Positions 1-12,066 of a stretch of 64,000 nt of DNA are shown one piece after another. Under the pieces are notes generated by a model that worked only from the letters and a program-made list of their open reading frames with translations, made no database searches and had not been told where the DNA came from. Position 1 is the stretch's first letter, and every line of letters begins with the position of its first letter. Made by a program: the position numbers and the translations under genes. The stretch lies in the NCBI GenBank assembly GCA_002104905.1, contig MCFE01000106.1:62001-126000 (forward strand). The letters are read 5' to 3'. This DNA comes from Basidiobolus meristosporus CBS 931.73. Lineage: Eukaryota; Fungi; Basidiobolomycota.

Positions 1-1031
1 AATGGTCTTTTATCATCAATCCTATCACTACCACTGGATTTCCTTTTGACACACTAGAGGAGATCTATTCTAAGTACTGTGGACCATATACCCCACTCTA
101 CTCAAGGAGATCCCCTGTTAAGCTTCTCTACAACTATATGAACCATTACCCTATAAGGTTTCATCGCACTATCCATGGCAGCAAAAGTCCTCAAAGCTTT
201 TATTCCCAGCTGACAGCAATGGAGAACCACCTTGCAGAGGGTATGAATGCCTCAGAGCAAGCTTGGAATACTAGGTTCAGAAGCTTCAATAGACTTCCAT
301 ATCCCAGAGTGTTCAGCCACAGGTTCCATATAAGTAGTATTTGTACACCTTCCCAGTCAGGATTAACAGACCTTCTAGAGGGCAAAGGCACCTTTATTCT
401 GGCAAGTAAAAGGCACACTGTGTAGAGTTTCAAGCACTGTCTGACACTGAGGGTAATATCATCTGGTTTAGCAGGTCATTTGCAGGAAGTAGGCATGACA
501 AAGCACTCTAGGTAGAGAATCATCCAGAATTCAGCTCAGGGGAGAAATGCATGGCAGACTTAGCTTTTACAGCAGAGGATTGTCAGAGATTAGGATGTAT
601 TACTGCTTATAGGAAGCCAAGGAATGTTGTGCTTAGCAGGAAGCACAAGCTCTACAATGAGATATTTATTCATTTCAGAGTGAGGGTAGAGCATACATTT
701 GGATATTGGAAGAGATTTGCCTATTGGCTGGTAAATACAGAGGAAAGTCAGATATAAGAGAAAACAGCAGAATAGGTATAATAGTTAAGATACTTATCAA
801 TGCACAGTATATTCATGCATGAAGACATCTACTCAGAGAAATGTGTCTGGAGCATTATGAAGAGTATATATATCAAAAAAAGCACTATTCTGAGCAACAT
901 AAGTAAGATTAAATAATATTATCAGTAAAAATATCCTACCACTGGCATTATGGTAGAAAATATAGTGCCAGATTATTCTGGCACTATAAACAGGCTGGCA
1001 CTAGGGAGCACTATCCAACAGAACAAGTCTA
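1..1031 (+). mobile_element. IS5/PIF-Harbinger-like (DDE_Tnp_4-type) transposon copy 1; 5' end cut by the window edge; transposase is a pseudogene
   Basis: Colinear with the copy at 32870-33909. Motifs include FYSGK, GSRHDK, MADLAF, TAYRKPR and RVRVEHTFG. There is a 1-nt deletion near 345 and in-frame TAA/TAG stops. Homology to copy 2 ends at AACAAGTCTA (1022-1031), followed by TTA. Confidence 0.8.
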
Positions 1032-1033
1032 TT

Positions 1034-2458
1034 ATAGAAAGATATTCAAACACCCATTTTTATCTGCCATAATAGCGGTATCTAGACCTGCACATGATGC
1101 AAACATTACAAGTTGGCGCAAACATCTGTGCCAACCTCATTGTGTCAGATTGTGCCATAGTGAGCAAGATTGTCCCATATAGTGCAAAATTGTCCAAGAG
1201 CAACCCTGCCTACTGGTATCTAAGATATCACACTTAATTGTTGTTGATAACCATGGACTGTGCCACATGCCCTGGCATGGCATGATTGAACAAGTCTTTT
1301 TCCTAACAACAACTAGTTGCTGGTTACACCCAACCCAACTTTGCATTACTTAGCTGATTACTCATGTATTGGAGCTGCTTAGCTTCTTAATGCCATAGGC
1401 ATAGATGTCTCCATGTGCACATTTGTCCTCAGTATTTTTCAACTCTTCCTGGCTGTACCTCATATGTCAACTCATTACATCCATGACAGACTTGAAGGCA
1501 ATATTCTTGATGAGATTGGGATATGGTAGTACCTGTAGCTTGATACGTCTTGCTATCTCCCTACACATATGCCCCATAGGAAACTCCCAACAGGTGAAGC
1601 AAGAACCAATATTCTTAACACACCAAGCAAGTAGCAAATAGATACAATAGCAGCAGAGATCTAAACATTGAGCTTTATGTTTGAAGTATAGCAGCTCAAA
1701 TTCTGTCACAAACTCGTTGCAAAAAAGCTGCATATGTATCAAGTTGTCATTGGTAATCCACTTCTGGATAACTATTCCTACAATGCCCACATATTACTCC
1801 CAATGCTTCCAATGTACTCTTGGCAGCAATGACTACAAAACACCACTTGAATAAATACATATCTACTTCATCCAGTCTTGGCATTTGTATTCTTGCATAA
1901 GCATATGAGTGTTGATTGAAGCCTGTAAGAAGTAATTAAGGTAGCAGATACTCTCTAATATCTTGCCAATTATTTCAAGTTTCTCCAGTATCTCAAAGGG
2001 CTCATTCAGCTTGAAATGCCCCATGTACAACTTGGTAATCAGTATGGGGATACTTTGAAAAGCAAATGCAGTGCTTGCAGTGGAAAGCTTTTGCTCCAAC
2101 AGATACACTCCATCTTAAGTATCTCTTGTTTGTAACTAATTCCATACTCAGGCAATTGCTTATAGCTTGCCAACTTTGCTGCAAATGCAAGCTGACTTCT
2201 GTATGTACTCTCTGCAGGAAGATGATGTTCTTAGTGTTGAAGTTTGGGTAGTAATAATGTGTGTGAGTTTTGGAGTAAGTCTCCTGGATCTAACACATTT
2301 GACAGCATTACTGTCCATTGTGCCCAGAAAAGCCAGCTATCTTACTGATGGCTGGGGTATCTCCAATGCAGATAATAAATGCACTTTAACATGATGGACA
2401 TTTACTGTCATCCTGCCAGAAAGTATACAAGATTTGTCCAGCAATGGATACATGTGAC
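1034..2458 (-). mobile_element. CACTA/EnSpm (Transposase_21/tnp2-like) transposase fragment, central and C-terminal part, degenerate
   Basis: Minus-strand pieces read IGDTPAISKIAGFSGHN..CCQMC, HFKLNEPFE and FVTEFELLY...CWEFPM..MC...PYPNL, which is the tnp2 motif series. Multiple stops and frameshifts. Confidence 0.7.
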
Positions 2459-2827
2459 TGCTGAAATATTGAACTATTTTGTGTCATTCAGCAGCTAGAA
2501 ATTTACTTAACAACTCTAGACTAGTCTTGGTCACTGTAAGACTTATTTACAGCCCCAACTTTGCCAGTTTCTTCACATCTATGATCCTATGATTAATCCC
2601 CTATAGTTAAGATCATATTAACACTTCTTACCAAACATTATGTATTAACCCTGAGACTGTCACAGAATGCTTCAGAATGATAAGAAACCCTCCTTACTTA
2701 GTGTTACAGCTGTACTACTTCTACAATGGTATAAATACTGATCTTCTTCTTGAATAAGCAACAGCTTTACTATTATCACTATATCTTGATAAGTTCCTTG
2801 TACCCCTATCATTTCTTTAATGAAACA
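2459..2827 (+). repeat. 5' LTR of the copia family 1 element (369 bp)
   Basis: Runs TGCTGAAATATTG...TGAAACA and is homologous end-to-end to the solo LTR at 20567-20934. It is followed directly by a PBS-like motif and gag. Confidence 0.8.
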
Positions 2828-2839
2828 GGTCATGAGTTC
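2828..2839 (+). promoter_or_regulatory. Putative primer-binding site complementary to the tRNA-iMet anticodon arm (half-tRNA priming)
   Basis: GGTCATGAGTTC lies immediately after the LTR CA. It differs from GGTTATGAGCCC (complement of the tRNA-iMet sequence GGGCUCAUAACC) by three C/T transitions. Confidence 0.45.
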
Positions 2840-3728
2840 CAATTGCCTTAACATATTTTAAAGATGACTTCTACTGGCAAACAGAACAATACAAACATCT
2901 TCCCTGTAAAGGAGAGGCTTGATGGGCAGAAATACAGACTTTGGAGAATAAAGATGCAGATCCACCTTGAGGAAAGAAAGCTTTGGAATATAGTAACTGG
3001 AAAAGCCCAAAGGAATAGCCAAAGAAGTGGAGAAGTTTCAACAGAAGGAGAGAAAGGTCTTTAATGCTATATGTATTAATGTGCAAGATTTCTTCATTGG
3101 ACAAATCTATGCTTCAAATACTGCCAAAGCAGCATTGGAACCCTTAGAGATCTTTAGAGCATAATCAGTATCTAGTGAGCTTTATTTAAAACAAAAGTTC
3201 TTCAACATGTGGAAGAAGCCAGATGATGACATGCTACAACTCATTACCAGAATGGAGACACTTGCAGAAGAACTTTACAGTATTAATGCTGGTGTAGATG
3301 ATGAAGAAAAGATACTTGGCCTGCTTTGCAGCCTACCAGAGAGGTATGAGCCGCTCATACTTTCTTTTGAAAGCAGTGAAGACAGTTTGACTTTAGACTA
3401 TGTGAAAGGAAGACTTCCTAATGAAGAACTCAGATGTAACGAACAAGCAGAGAAAATTGAAGACAATGCTTTATTCAGCTCAGAATGGCACACAGAAAAG
3501 AAGGGAAAGCAACAAAACCAAAGATAACCTGGTTGCTGTAACTACTGTAAGATGCCAGGACACTGGGCAGAAGAGAATGCAAGAAGAAACAAGCAGATGA
3601 AAAACAATACTGGAGCAGGCAAACCATATAACTACCAATGAACAGTGTTTTGTAACTGTACAAGAGAGTGCAAGTAACCAAAGTAATGGATGGTATAATG
3701 ACTCTGGAGCATCACAGCACATATGCGG

Positions 3729-4799
3729 TGTGGTGGTGTATAAGTCCAAGGGAGAGATACGTCCAACACTTCTCAAGTGTTTTGTGTGTGGGGTGTTCAC
3801 TGGGTGCAATAACCTCTGGCAAAAGCTTGCTAGGAATACTTGGGTTCTGTCTCTAATCTAATGTGAAGGGGAATAAAGCCACAAGCTTGTCAAGGGAAAA
3901 CTATTGAGCTACAATCCCCAACTTAGTTGGCGTCTTAACAAAAGTATGTGCTGGGTTCAGCATCCTTTGAGATGACAATGTACTAAAGCTTCCAAAGTTA
4001 AAACAACTGTAAACTCCACCAGCAGGGACTTGATAAGAATGCAGCTTTGGTCAATAGTTACAAAGACAGAAAAGTATCTTTGCCTGTACAAGAACAAACT
4101 TGGGAAAGAATCAAATATAATAAAAGATACCTACTCTGAGTATTCCTTACAAGTAGTGCCTCCAAGGTCAGTTGGCTGTCAGCGCGGTTTCCTGGGAGTG
4201 TCCTGTGGTCTAGGGTTGGAAGTTCAGGTAGCAGCAGGTAGCAGTGATCACACTAATCAACAAGTCGGTATATTGATAAAAGGGATGATGATTTATTGTT
4301 GAGGGATAGCCTCCCTTATATACTTTTCTCACTGGCTAAGTGATTACTAATCATGGTGTTCCAGAAGGTTCTGGATATCAATAGAAATCTTAATGACATC
4401 AGAATGACCTAAGAATGTTCTAAGTAGGTGCCGGATGGTTCTAAGAGGCACAGCACATCCAACCAATCAGGAATCAGTATTCTGAAACCTGTGTAACATG
4501 GGGATATCATATATGGTATGGAAATGGTAGGGATGGTGACACGGGCTGATCATGTGTCATGGGTACTGGCGTGGGTACTGGCCTAATATAGAAGTACTTA
4601 TAGCTAGTAATCTTACATAAAGTGAGGGGTAACTTATGCAATAAGGTAAGCAGGTGTGATAGTCAACCGGCTTATGGGATAGTACTGATTGGGTAAGACA
4701 AATGGGATAAAACCAAAATAAGTGTAGTAGAGATATAGGGAAGTAGAAAATAAGGGAATGAGCACATATGTCAGTGGGTGTCACTGTCACCCTACTACA
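3729..4799. repeat. Solo LTR, orphan family B (1071 bp), inserted in the copia protease
   Basis: Termini TGTGGTGG...CTACTACA with a 4-bp TSD GCGG (3725-3728 and 4800-4803). Removing it restores the copia frame HICG-IKEWF. A second full copy is at 14601-15670. Confidence 0.9.
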
Positions 4800-5849
4800 G
4801 CGGTATAAAGGAGTGGTTCAGCAACTTAACAACTATTCCTGTAAGAAAGGTTTATCTGGAAGACTGCTCTGCACTGGAGCTACCTACAGTGGGTCTATAC
4901 TACTAAATATGAGTGATATCCCAGGGCTACAGCAGCCAAACTGACTAACATACTCTACTTCCCTGAAATAGCTAAGAACCTACTCTGAGTCAGTAAAGCA
5001 ACTGCTCTGGGACTGAAATTTGTTTTTACTAAGTTGAACTGCTCAATATTGAGTGAAAATGGACAAAAATGAGCTTTGGGAATCAGAGATCTCAAAATAT
5101 ACAAGCTAAAATAAAAGATCATTTTACATGTATATGCCAACATTGCTGAAACATATGAAACTAACTGGGAGACATGGCATAGGAGGTATAACACATTGGG
5201 GAACAAAAATGAGCCAATAGGTTAAAAATGAGCTTGTTTTAGGCCTAAATTACTCAATTCTACTCCAATGGAGTATTTGTAAGGGATGTTCATGTGGCAA
5301 ACAAGCTAGGCAGCATTTCCGGAGCTCAGAAGGCATCAACACCACCAATGTGTTGGCTATTGTACACTCTGACTTAAGTGAGCCTATGCGTACATTGTTC
5401 TTTGGAGCCAAGAGATGCTTTTTGATGTTTATTGATGAAAGACAAGATACACATGGGTATACTTCCTCTAAACAAAGGATGAGGCTTGAGAGATGTTTAA
5501 ACACTTCAAGAACATGGCAGGAACACAAACTGGGTGTAAATTGAGGATACTTTAAAGTGGCAATGGAGGGAAATACTGCTTAAAGGAGTTTGCAAAATAT
5601 TGCTCATCTACTGGTATACTTCAGCAGACCACTGTTCCACATACTCCATACCCAAATGGAGTTGCAGAACCTGCAAATAGAACAATAGTAGAGATGGGAA
5701 GAACTATGCTACATTATAAGGGAATGGACTACAGGTTATGAGCTGAATCTGTTGCTACCATGGTATATATCAAGAATAGATGCCGAACAAGAGCACTGCA
5801 TGATTCTACACCCTTTGAAGCATACACAGGCAATAATCCTGACCTAAAG

Positions 5850-6217
5850 TGTTACAAGTCTTGGTATAAGAGTTGTAGAGGAATAGGGAGTTTAGCTAGT
5901 ATTGTATTCACTAAAACTTGAACTGATTTTTATTGAGGTTCCAGCAGCTCCTTATATACATTTTGCCAGATCAATTGCTGACTAATGGTATTTCCTAATG
6001 TAGGTTGTGGCTGATTACTCATTTGATTGCATCATCATCACCCAATAAGATCCTACTTAATATATCTATTTCTGTCTGATGAGGATCTGCTGATTCATTT
6101 GCTGACTAATGCTACTGATTTCATAGATAATACTGATATACTGATAACCTAAACATATACTATTTGATTTGACTAAAAACTGATCTAACTTAAACATTCA
6201 AGCGGCAGATCATAACA
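5850..6217 (-). repeat. 3' LTR of Ty3/gypsy family A
   Basis: TGTTACAAG...GATCATAACA; 9 differences from the copy at 10419-10786 (about 97.6% identity). Confidence 0.95.
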
Positions 6218-6230
6218 TTCTCCCCTACTA
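6218..6230 (-). promoter_or_regulatory. Polypurine tract
   Basis: Minus strand reads TAGTAGGGGAGAA directly before the 3' LTR. Confidence 0.85.
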
Positions 6231-9200
6231 AAGTTGAGAGGGTTCTCCTGAATCTCTTTTCTTGTGATACCAATATCTTGATGGTTCAGTATTATCAGCA
6301 AGTCTTGCAAGCTTGAGTCTGTCCCTATGCACTAAGTCTTCCCGGATATTACCTTGTTTGTCCACCAGTTGGTAAGTTGCAAATGGACATTTTCTGATGA
6401 TCTTGAATGGTCCTGTCCATTGTGGCTCAAACTTCTTCCAAGTGCTGTTTCTTAGCAATACAAAGTTCCCAACTGTCAATGCTTCTGGTGCTATAGTCTT
6501 ATCAAATCTCTGCTTCATCTTTCCTGCGCTTTGAGATACTTTGGTCTGTGCCTCTTGACGTCTTTGTTCCAGTTGCTGGTGTCTACTTGGCTGACTGAGT
6601 TCATCTTCTAAGGTGTCTGTAAGTTTTGGTTGTGTGAGATCTCCTGGAATCCTTGGTTCACATCCATAAACTAAGTAAAATGGTGATTGCTGGGTGGTGT
6701 TATGTACTCTGACGCTGAATGCAAAGAGTGCTTGGTCTATATACTCATCCCATCTACTGACAACTCCATTTGCATACTTGGTCAGCATTTTTCCAAATAA
6801 TCCATTGAACCGCTCAGTGACTCCATTAGTTCTGCGGTGATATGCCGAGGTTTTCAAGTGTCTGATCTGCTGCATTTCCAGGTAAGCCTCTAATGTCTTG
6901 GCCATAAAGTTTGCTCCTCTATCAGATAAGATCTCCACAGGGCATCCAAACTTCATCAGGATCTCATGGTAAATGAAACTTGCAACTTCTTGTTCACTGG
7001 CTATTGGTACAGCTTTAGCAAGAGGCCATTTAGTGGCATGGTCAATTGCTATTAGGATCCAACGGTTGCATTTCCTGATAGTTGGCAGTCTTCCAATAAA
7101 TTCAATTCCCCATCTCTCAAATGGTCTTACAGGCTCCAAAGGGAAGAGTTTGGCAATTCTTTGTGGCTGGCCTTGATTGATTTGGCAGTTTGGGCATGTT
7201 TTTACTAGCTTCTCAATGTCTTGTTTCATTCTGGGACACCATGCTCTGGCTTTTACAAGCCTATAGGTTCCTTCAATCCCAAGAAGTCCATATCCATTGT
7301 GTAGCTTATGTATTAAATCCAGGCATGCAACATAAGGACAATAGGCAATAGGGCTTCCATCAACAATCCGGTAGAGTGTTTCATTCTGTACAACAAATTT
7401 GCTGGCTTCATCACGGATTATCTTCTTGATATCTTCATCCACCTCATTAGGAATGGCTTGGTCCCCCAAGTACTTTGGTAATAGGCTAGGCCAATCTGAT
7501 TCATGCACCAAGTTGAGTTGTGCAACTTGATCTAATCTTGATAAGGCATCAGCAACCATGTTGTTTTTTCCAGGACAGTAGACAATCTCCAGGTCAAATT
7601 GCTGAATGTATTCACTCCATCTTGTCATTCTTCTAGAGAGTACCTTCTGAGTAAATATATGCTTGAGGGAGGCATGATCAGTCTTCACAGTGCATTTGAC
7701 TCCTTCAATATAGCATCTCCATGTCTTCAAACAGTGTATTATAGCAAGCATCTCCTTTTCATGGACTGGATAGTTTTGTTCTGCTGAGTTCAGTTTCTTG
7801 GATTCAAAGGCAACAGGGTAGTCCTTTCCCTTGTGTTCTTGGCTCAGCACTCCACCAATTGCATAATCTGAAGCATCTGTGCATAGAGTGAACTCTTTTC
7901 TGAAGTCTGGTATTCTTAAGCTTGGCAACTTAGCAAGTTCATTCTTTAGCGTCTGGAAGGCAGTCTCACAAGCTATGTCCCACTTGTAGGTATTGTCTTT
8001 CTTGAGGATATCAGTTAAAGGGGCTGCAATACTTGCAAATGACTTGACAAATCTCCAATAATAGGAAACCATTCCAAGGAAGGATCTGAGTTCTGATATG
8101 CTATGTGGCTGCTTCAAATTCTTGATTACTTCCACCTTCTTGGGGTCTAAGGTTACTCCTGTGCTAGTCACTAGGTGTCCCAGATATTCTGCGTGTTCCT
8201 TGAAGAATTCACACTTGGCTAGCTTGCCATATAGCTTGTTCTCTCTTAGTTTCTTCAAGATCTTTTCAATGTGTACCATGTGATCCTTTTCTGTCTTGCT
8301 GTATATCAATATGTCATCCAGGTAGATTATCACAAACTTGTCTAAGTACTCCTGAAAGACAGTCTGCATCAGCGTCATGAATGTTGCAGGGGCATTAGTG
8401 AGGCCAAAACTCATGACTAAGTACTTGTAATGTCCATATCTGGTCCTGAATGCTGTCTTAGGGATATCTTCTTGTTTCACCCTAATCTGGTTGTATCCTG
8501 ACATTAGGTCAATCTTGCTGAAAATAGTGGCTCCATTAAGTTAGTCCAAAAGCTCATCAATCTGAGGTATGGGGTACTTATTCTTGACAGTAACTGAGTT
8601 CAGGGCTATGTAGTCAATGCACATCCTAAGTGTTCCATCCTTCTTTTTCACAAAAAGCACTGGTGCTCCCCATGGTGACTTGCTGGGCCTGATGTATCCT
8701 TGCTCCAATAGCTGATCAATTTGTCTCTTCATTTCCTCCAATTCCAATGGACTCATTCTGTAAGGTGTCTTGCTCACTGGAGGGCTATCTCCTGTGTCAA
8801 TGGCATGATCCACATCTCTGACTGGTGGTAGGCTTACAAGCTCATCTGGGAACACGTCTAAATATTTCTTCAAGAGAGTCTGGACCTGCTGGGGTGCTGG
8901 GGTAGAGGAATCCTCCTGTAATACCGCCATGAGGAACATCTCGGTACCTTTTCTAAGTGCTCTACAGAACTGGGTCTTGCTAAGTTCACTTGTCTCACAC
9001 ACACTGGAATTGACCAAGTTGAAATCCAGCCTGGCAGGTAATAGCTCATAGGTCTTGTTGTCTTTTTAGATCTGAGTAGCATGGGTTCTCCAGTTGATTG
9101 ATGGATTACAACAAAATAGCCAGGTTTTCCCAAGTACAAGGTCAAACTTGCAGTTCCCAAATATATAAGCCTGTAGGTCTTCTTTATAGTCATTGATCTT

Positions 9201-9373
9201 CATTCTTACTGGCTGGGTGATACGGTTGATTATGTGGGAGTTCCCATCAGCTGTTGAGACTGAAGTTGATTTGGTAGGTTCCAAGTTAATTATAGCTTTC
9301 AAAGCAAATTGCTCTGACATGTACTCATGCGATGCTCCTGAGTCAATCATGATCTTGGCAGGTACTCCATTGA
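6228..9373 (-). pseudogene. pol: Ty3/gypsy pol (protease, RT, RNase H, integrase) with disabling lesions
   Basis: Motifs [56 protein letters not shown] and WTGPF. In-frame TAA stops at about 9066 and 8541. The integrase reads GIEF for GIDF and GLLG for GHLG relative to the copy at 22.6-22.8 kb. No chromodomain is visible. Confidence 0.95.
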
Positions 9374-10360
9374 TTACTCCATTAAGTACAATAACTTCCC
9401 TGAGTTTGAAGTCATTTGGGACAAGTACTCTTCTGTCATATGGAAGGTGAGTTCCAAGTCTTCTTCAAGCTCATCTTCCACATTACTGTGTTCATTGGAC
9501 TCAATATGGTTGAAGGTTCTTGTTGGCTGGTGTCCATTTCTTCTCTGAGGGCAGTACTTTGCAATATGTCTCTGCTGGTGGCAATTGAAGCAAAGTCCTC
9601 TCTTCTTGCATTCTTCTGAGGAGGGATTCTTCTGCATAGCGTCTATTTCCATTGGTACTACTTCTGATTGTCTTCTTTCATAATGATTATAGCCTTTCTG
9701 ATTAGTCACTGTAGGCTTCCCAACTCCAAACATAGCTGAGTCATAGTCAATGGCAATCTTGATGGCTTCTTCAATAGTCTGAGGTCTTTGGTAACTGACT
9801 TCCTTGCAAGTTCTTTCTTTCAACCCATCAATAAAGTATTCCACTTGATCCAAGGGGTCCATTCTTTCAATTTGTCCAAGTAGACATCTGTACTCATAGA
9901 TGTATTCTTGCACCATTCCTTTCAGTCTGAGTGTCTTTAACTTCCTTCTTAGTAGTGTCTGCTGGTGTGGAGGTTCAAAAGCATCCCAAATTTCCGACAC
10001 AAACTCATCCCAGGTAGAGATTGTAGAGCATCCCATCATAGTGGCTGGCCTGATCTTGTTGTGGTACCACTGTAAAGCTGCATCTGCCAGGTAAGAAGCT
10101 GCATAATGCAACTTGCTTTCTGGAGCAATTCCTTTAGCTTTAAAAGCTTCTTCAATCTGAAAGAGCAAAGTTCCCAGGTTTTCATTGACTCTGCCATGGT
10201 ACCGGTTGACCTTCACACTAAAGTTGCTCTTGACAGGGCTTTGCTGGCTCTGAGCCATGGTAGTCATTCCTTGTAGCTGTTGGCTGAGGATCTGGAGTAA
10301 CTGTTGCTGTTTGGCCAGGATTTGCTGCATGGCATTCTTCCATTCTTGATTGTCCGACAT
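9374..10360 (-). CDS. gag: Ty3/gypsy Gag (capsid plus CCHC zinc knuckle), 328 aa
   Basis: Open ORF with a retrotransposon capsid segment (YAASYLADAALQWY, F..EI.DAFEP, YIYEY) and CFNCHQQRHIAKYC. Confidence 0.9.
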   Translation of the reverse strand: MSDNQEWKNAMQQILAKQQQLLQILSQQLQGMTTMAQSQQSPVKSNFSVKVNRYHGRVNENLGTLLFQIEEAFKAKGIAPESKLHYAASYLADAALQWYHNKIRPATMMGCSTISTWDEFVSEIWDAFEPPHQQTLLRRKLKTLRLKGMVQEYIYEYRCLLGQIERMDPLDQVEYFIDGLKERTCKEVSYQRPQTIEEAIKIAIDYDSAMFGVGKPTVTNQKGYNHYERRQSEVVPMEIDAMQKNPSSEECKKRGLCFNCHQQRHIAKYCPQRRNGHQPTRTFNHIESNEHSNVEDELEEDLELTFHMTEEYLSQMTSNSGKLLYLME

Positions 10361-10407
10361 CTTGAGGGTGGTTTCTTCTTTCTTCAGGAGGGAGGTTTCT
10401 GGTTATT

Positions 10408-10417
10408 GCTGCTACCA
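10408..10417 (-). promoter_or_regulatory. Primer-binding site TGGTAGCAGC, probably for the tRNA-iMet 3' end
   Basis: Starts 1 nt after the 5' LTR. TGGTAGC is the complement of the 3' end of eukaryotic initiator tRNA (GCUACCA). Confidence 0.75.
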
Positions 10418-10418
10418 A

Positions 10419-10786
10419 TGTTACAAGTCTTGGTATAAGAGTTGTAGAGGAATAGGGAGTTTAGCTAATATTGTATTCACTAAAACTTGAACTGATTTTT
10501 ATTGAGGTTCCAGCAGCTCCTTATGTACATTTTGCCAGATCAATTGCTGACTAATTGTATTTCCTAATGTAGGTTGTGGCTGATGACTCATTTGATTGCA
10601 TCATCACCACCCAATAAGATCTTACTTAATATATCTATTTCTGTCTGATAAGGATCTGCTGATTCATTTGCTGACTAATGCTACTGATTTCATAGATAAT
10701 ACTGATATACTGATAACCTAAACAAATACTAATTGATTTGACTAAAAACTGATCTAACTTAAACATTCAAGCGGCAGATCATAACA
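10419..10786 (-). repeat. 5' LTR of Ty3/gypsy family A
   Basis: Direct repeat of 5850-6217. Confidence 0.95.
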
Positions 10787-12066
10787 CTAGCACCACAGGA
10801 TCTTTGGCAGTGATGTATTTAATCACATCCTTGACCAAAAATGCTCAAAGCTTGAACCAAAGAGTAGAAAAGGGATCTTTCTTGGGTATTGGGAAGATTC
10901 TAAAGGGCATAGAGTGTATGATGGCAAAATTCAGAAGCTGGTCAAAAGTAGGGACATTGTGTTTGAGGAGAATTCAGTTCAGTAAGCCACAGAAATCATT
11001 GGGCAGCTGCCTGATGTTGCAATCAACACTAATGAAGAAGATAGGTACCAAACTCAGCTAGATACAGATGATAACTCTACCGGTTCCCAATCAAGGCAGA
11101 TTATCTCAGTTAGGAGATCTACCAGAATAAAAAATGCCCCTCAATTCTAGTGGCAGACATCAAATGATCATGAAGAAGCTTATCTTGCCTTATGTGCCAA
11201 ACCTCAGAATCTGGAGCAGGCAATGCAAAGTCCAGATGGTACTACATGGCAACAAGCTGTGCAAGAGGAGTACCAATCACTGATCAAAGCAAAAATGTGG
11301 GAACTGGTAGATTTACCAAATGGGAATAAGCAAATAGGATGTAGATGGGTCTACAAGAACAAGATAACCTCAAATGGCACCATTGATAAGTACAAGGCTA
11401 GATTGTTAGCTAAAAACTATTCCTAGATCCAGGGAATAGACTTTAAGGAAACACTTGCTCTGGTTGCAAAGTTTAACTCCATTAGGACTGTTCTAGCCTT
11501 GGCAGCTGTAAACAGTTTAGATCCGCACTAAATGGACATAAAAACAGCCTTTCCAAATGGGGATTTGCAAGGAACTATATATATGGAGCAACCAGAAGGT
11601 TTTACCAATCCAAAAGGCCCCCATAAGATGTGCAGATTCAGGAATTTGTTGCATGGGCCTAAACAGGCACCTAGTGTATGGTATAGCAAGATTGACATAT
11701 ATCTAGAGGAGTTGGGGTTCATTTGTAGCACTGCAGATCACAGTATGTATGCAAAACAGCTCAAAAAGATTGTGATCATCCCGGTTCTGAATGTGGACAA
11801 CCAAATAATAGCTACAAGTAACCAGGAGGCACTTAAACAGAAAAAATCAGATCTCTTCACCAAGTTTGAGATGAAAGATCTTTAAGAATTGAGCTACTTT
11901 CTTGGAGTTGAAGTGAATTTTGACATACCCATGCAGAAAATTGTGCGGAGTCAGTCCAAGTACAGCAGGGACATTCTTAGATGCTTCATAATAGAAAATT
12001 GCAAGCCTGCAACTACCCCTCTGGACAATAATCTAAAATTGAGCAAATCTCAGCCAGTTTTAGGTG

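Larger units (their letters stand above)
5850..10786 (-). mobile_element. Near full-length Ty3/gypsy LTR retrotransposon (family A, 4.9 kb), nested in the copia integrase
   Basis: Paired 368-bp LTRs, PBS, PPT, gag with CCHC, then PR-RT-RNaseH-IN. The host copia frame (GNNPDLK|HHRIFG) is restored with a 4-nt offset, although the two flanking 4-mers differ (AAAG vs CTAG). Confidence 0.97.
2459..12066 (+). mobile_element. Ty1/copia LTR retrotransposon (family 1); interrupted by a solo LTR and a Ty3/gypsy; 3' end (RNase H, 3' LTR) missing
   Basis: Domains in copia order: gag N-terminus (RLDGQKYRLWRIKMQIHLEERKLW, from 2864), UBN2-like gag, CNYCKMPGH knuckle, protease WYNDSGASQHIC (about 3691), WHRRY pre-integrase, integrase (IVHSDL, HTPYPNGVAEPANRTIVEMGRTML), then RT (WVYKNK..KYKARL, MDIKTAF.NGDL..TIYMEQPEGF). 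Integrase precedes RT. Confidence 0.92.

Noticed and set aside
961-988. Helitron 3' end suggested by the hairpin
   Set aside because: No CTRR terminus at the expected distance and no Rep/helicase. The hairpin travels with a DDE transposase in both copies.
4030-4302. 90-aa ORF conserved at 14901-15173
   Set aside because: It begins at TTG inside two closely related LTR copies and has no motif, so sharing is explained by repeat identity.
9374-9450. Programmed -1 frameshift between gag and pol of gypsy A
   Set aside because: There is no X-XXY-YYZ slippery heptamer in the correct phase. Restoring one base gives KLLYLNGVINGVPAKIMIDSGAS, a typical continuous protease start, so a 1-nt deletion is more likely. 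Other copies are needed to settle it.
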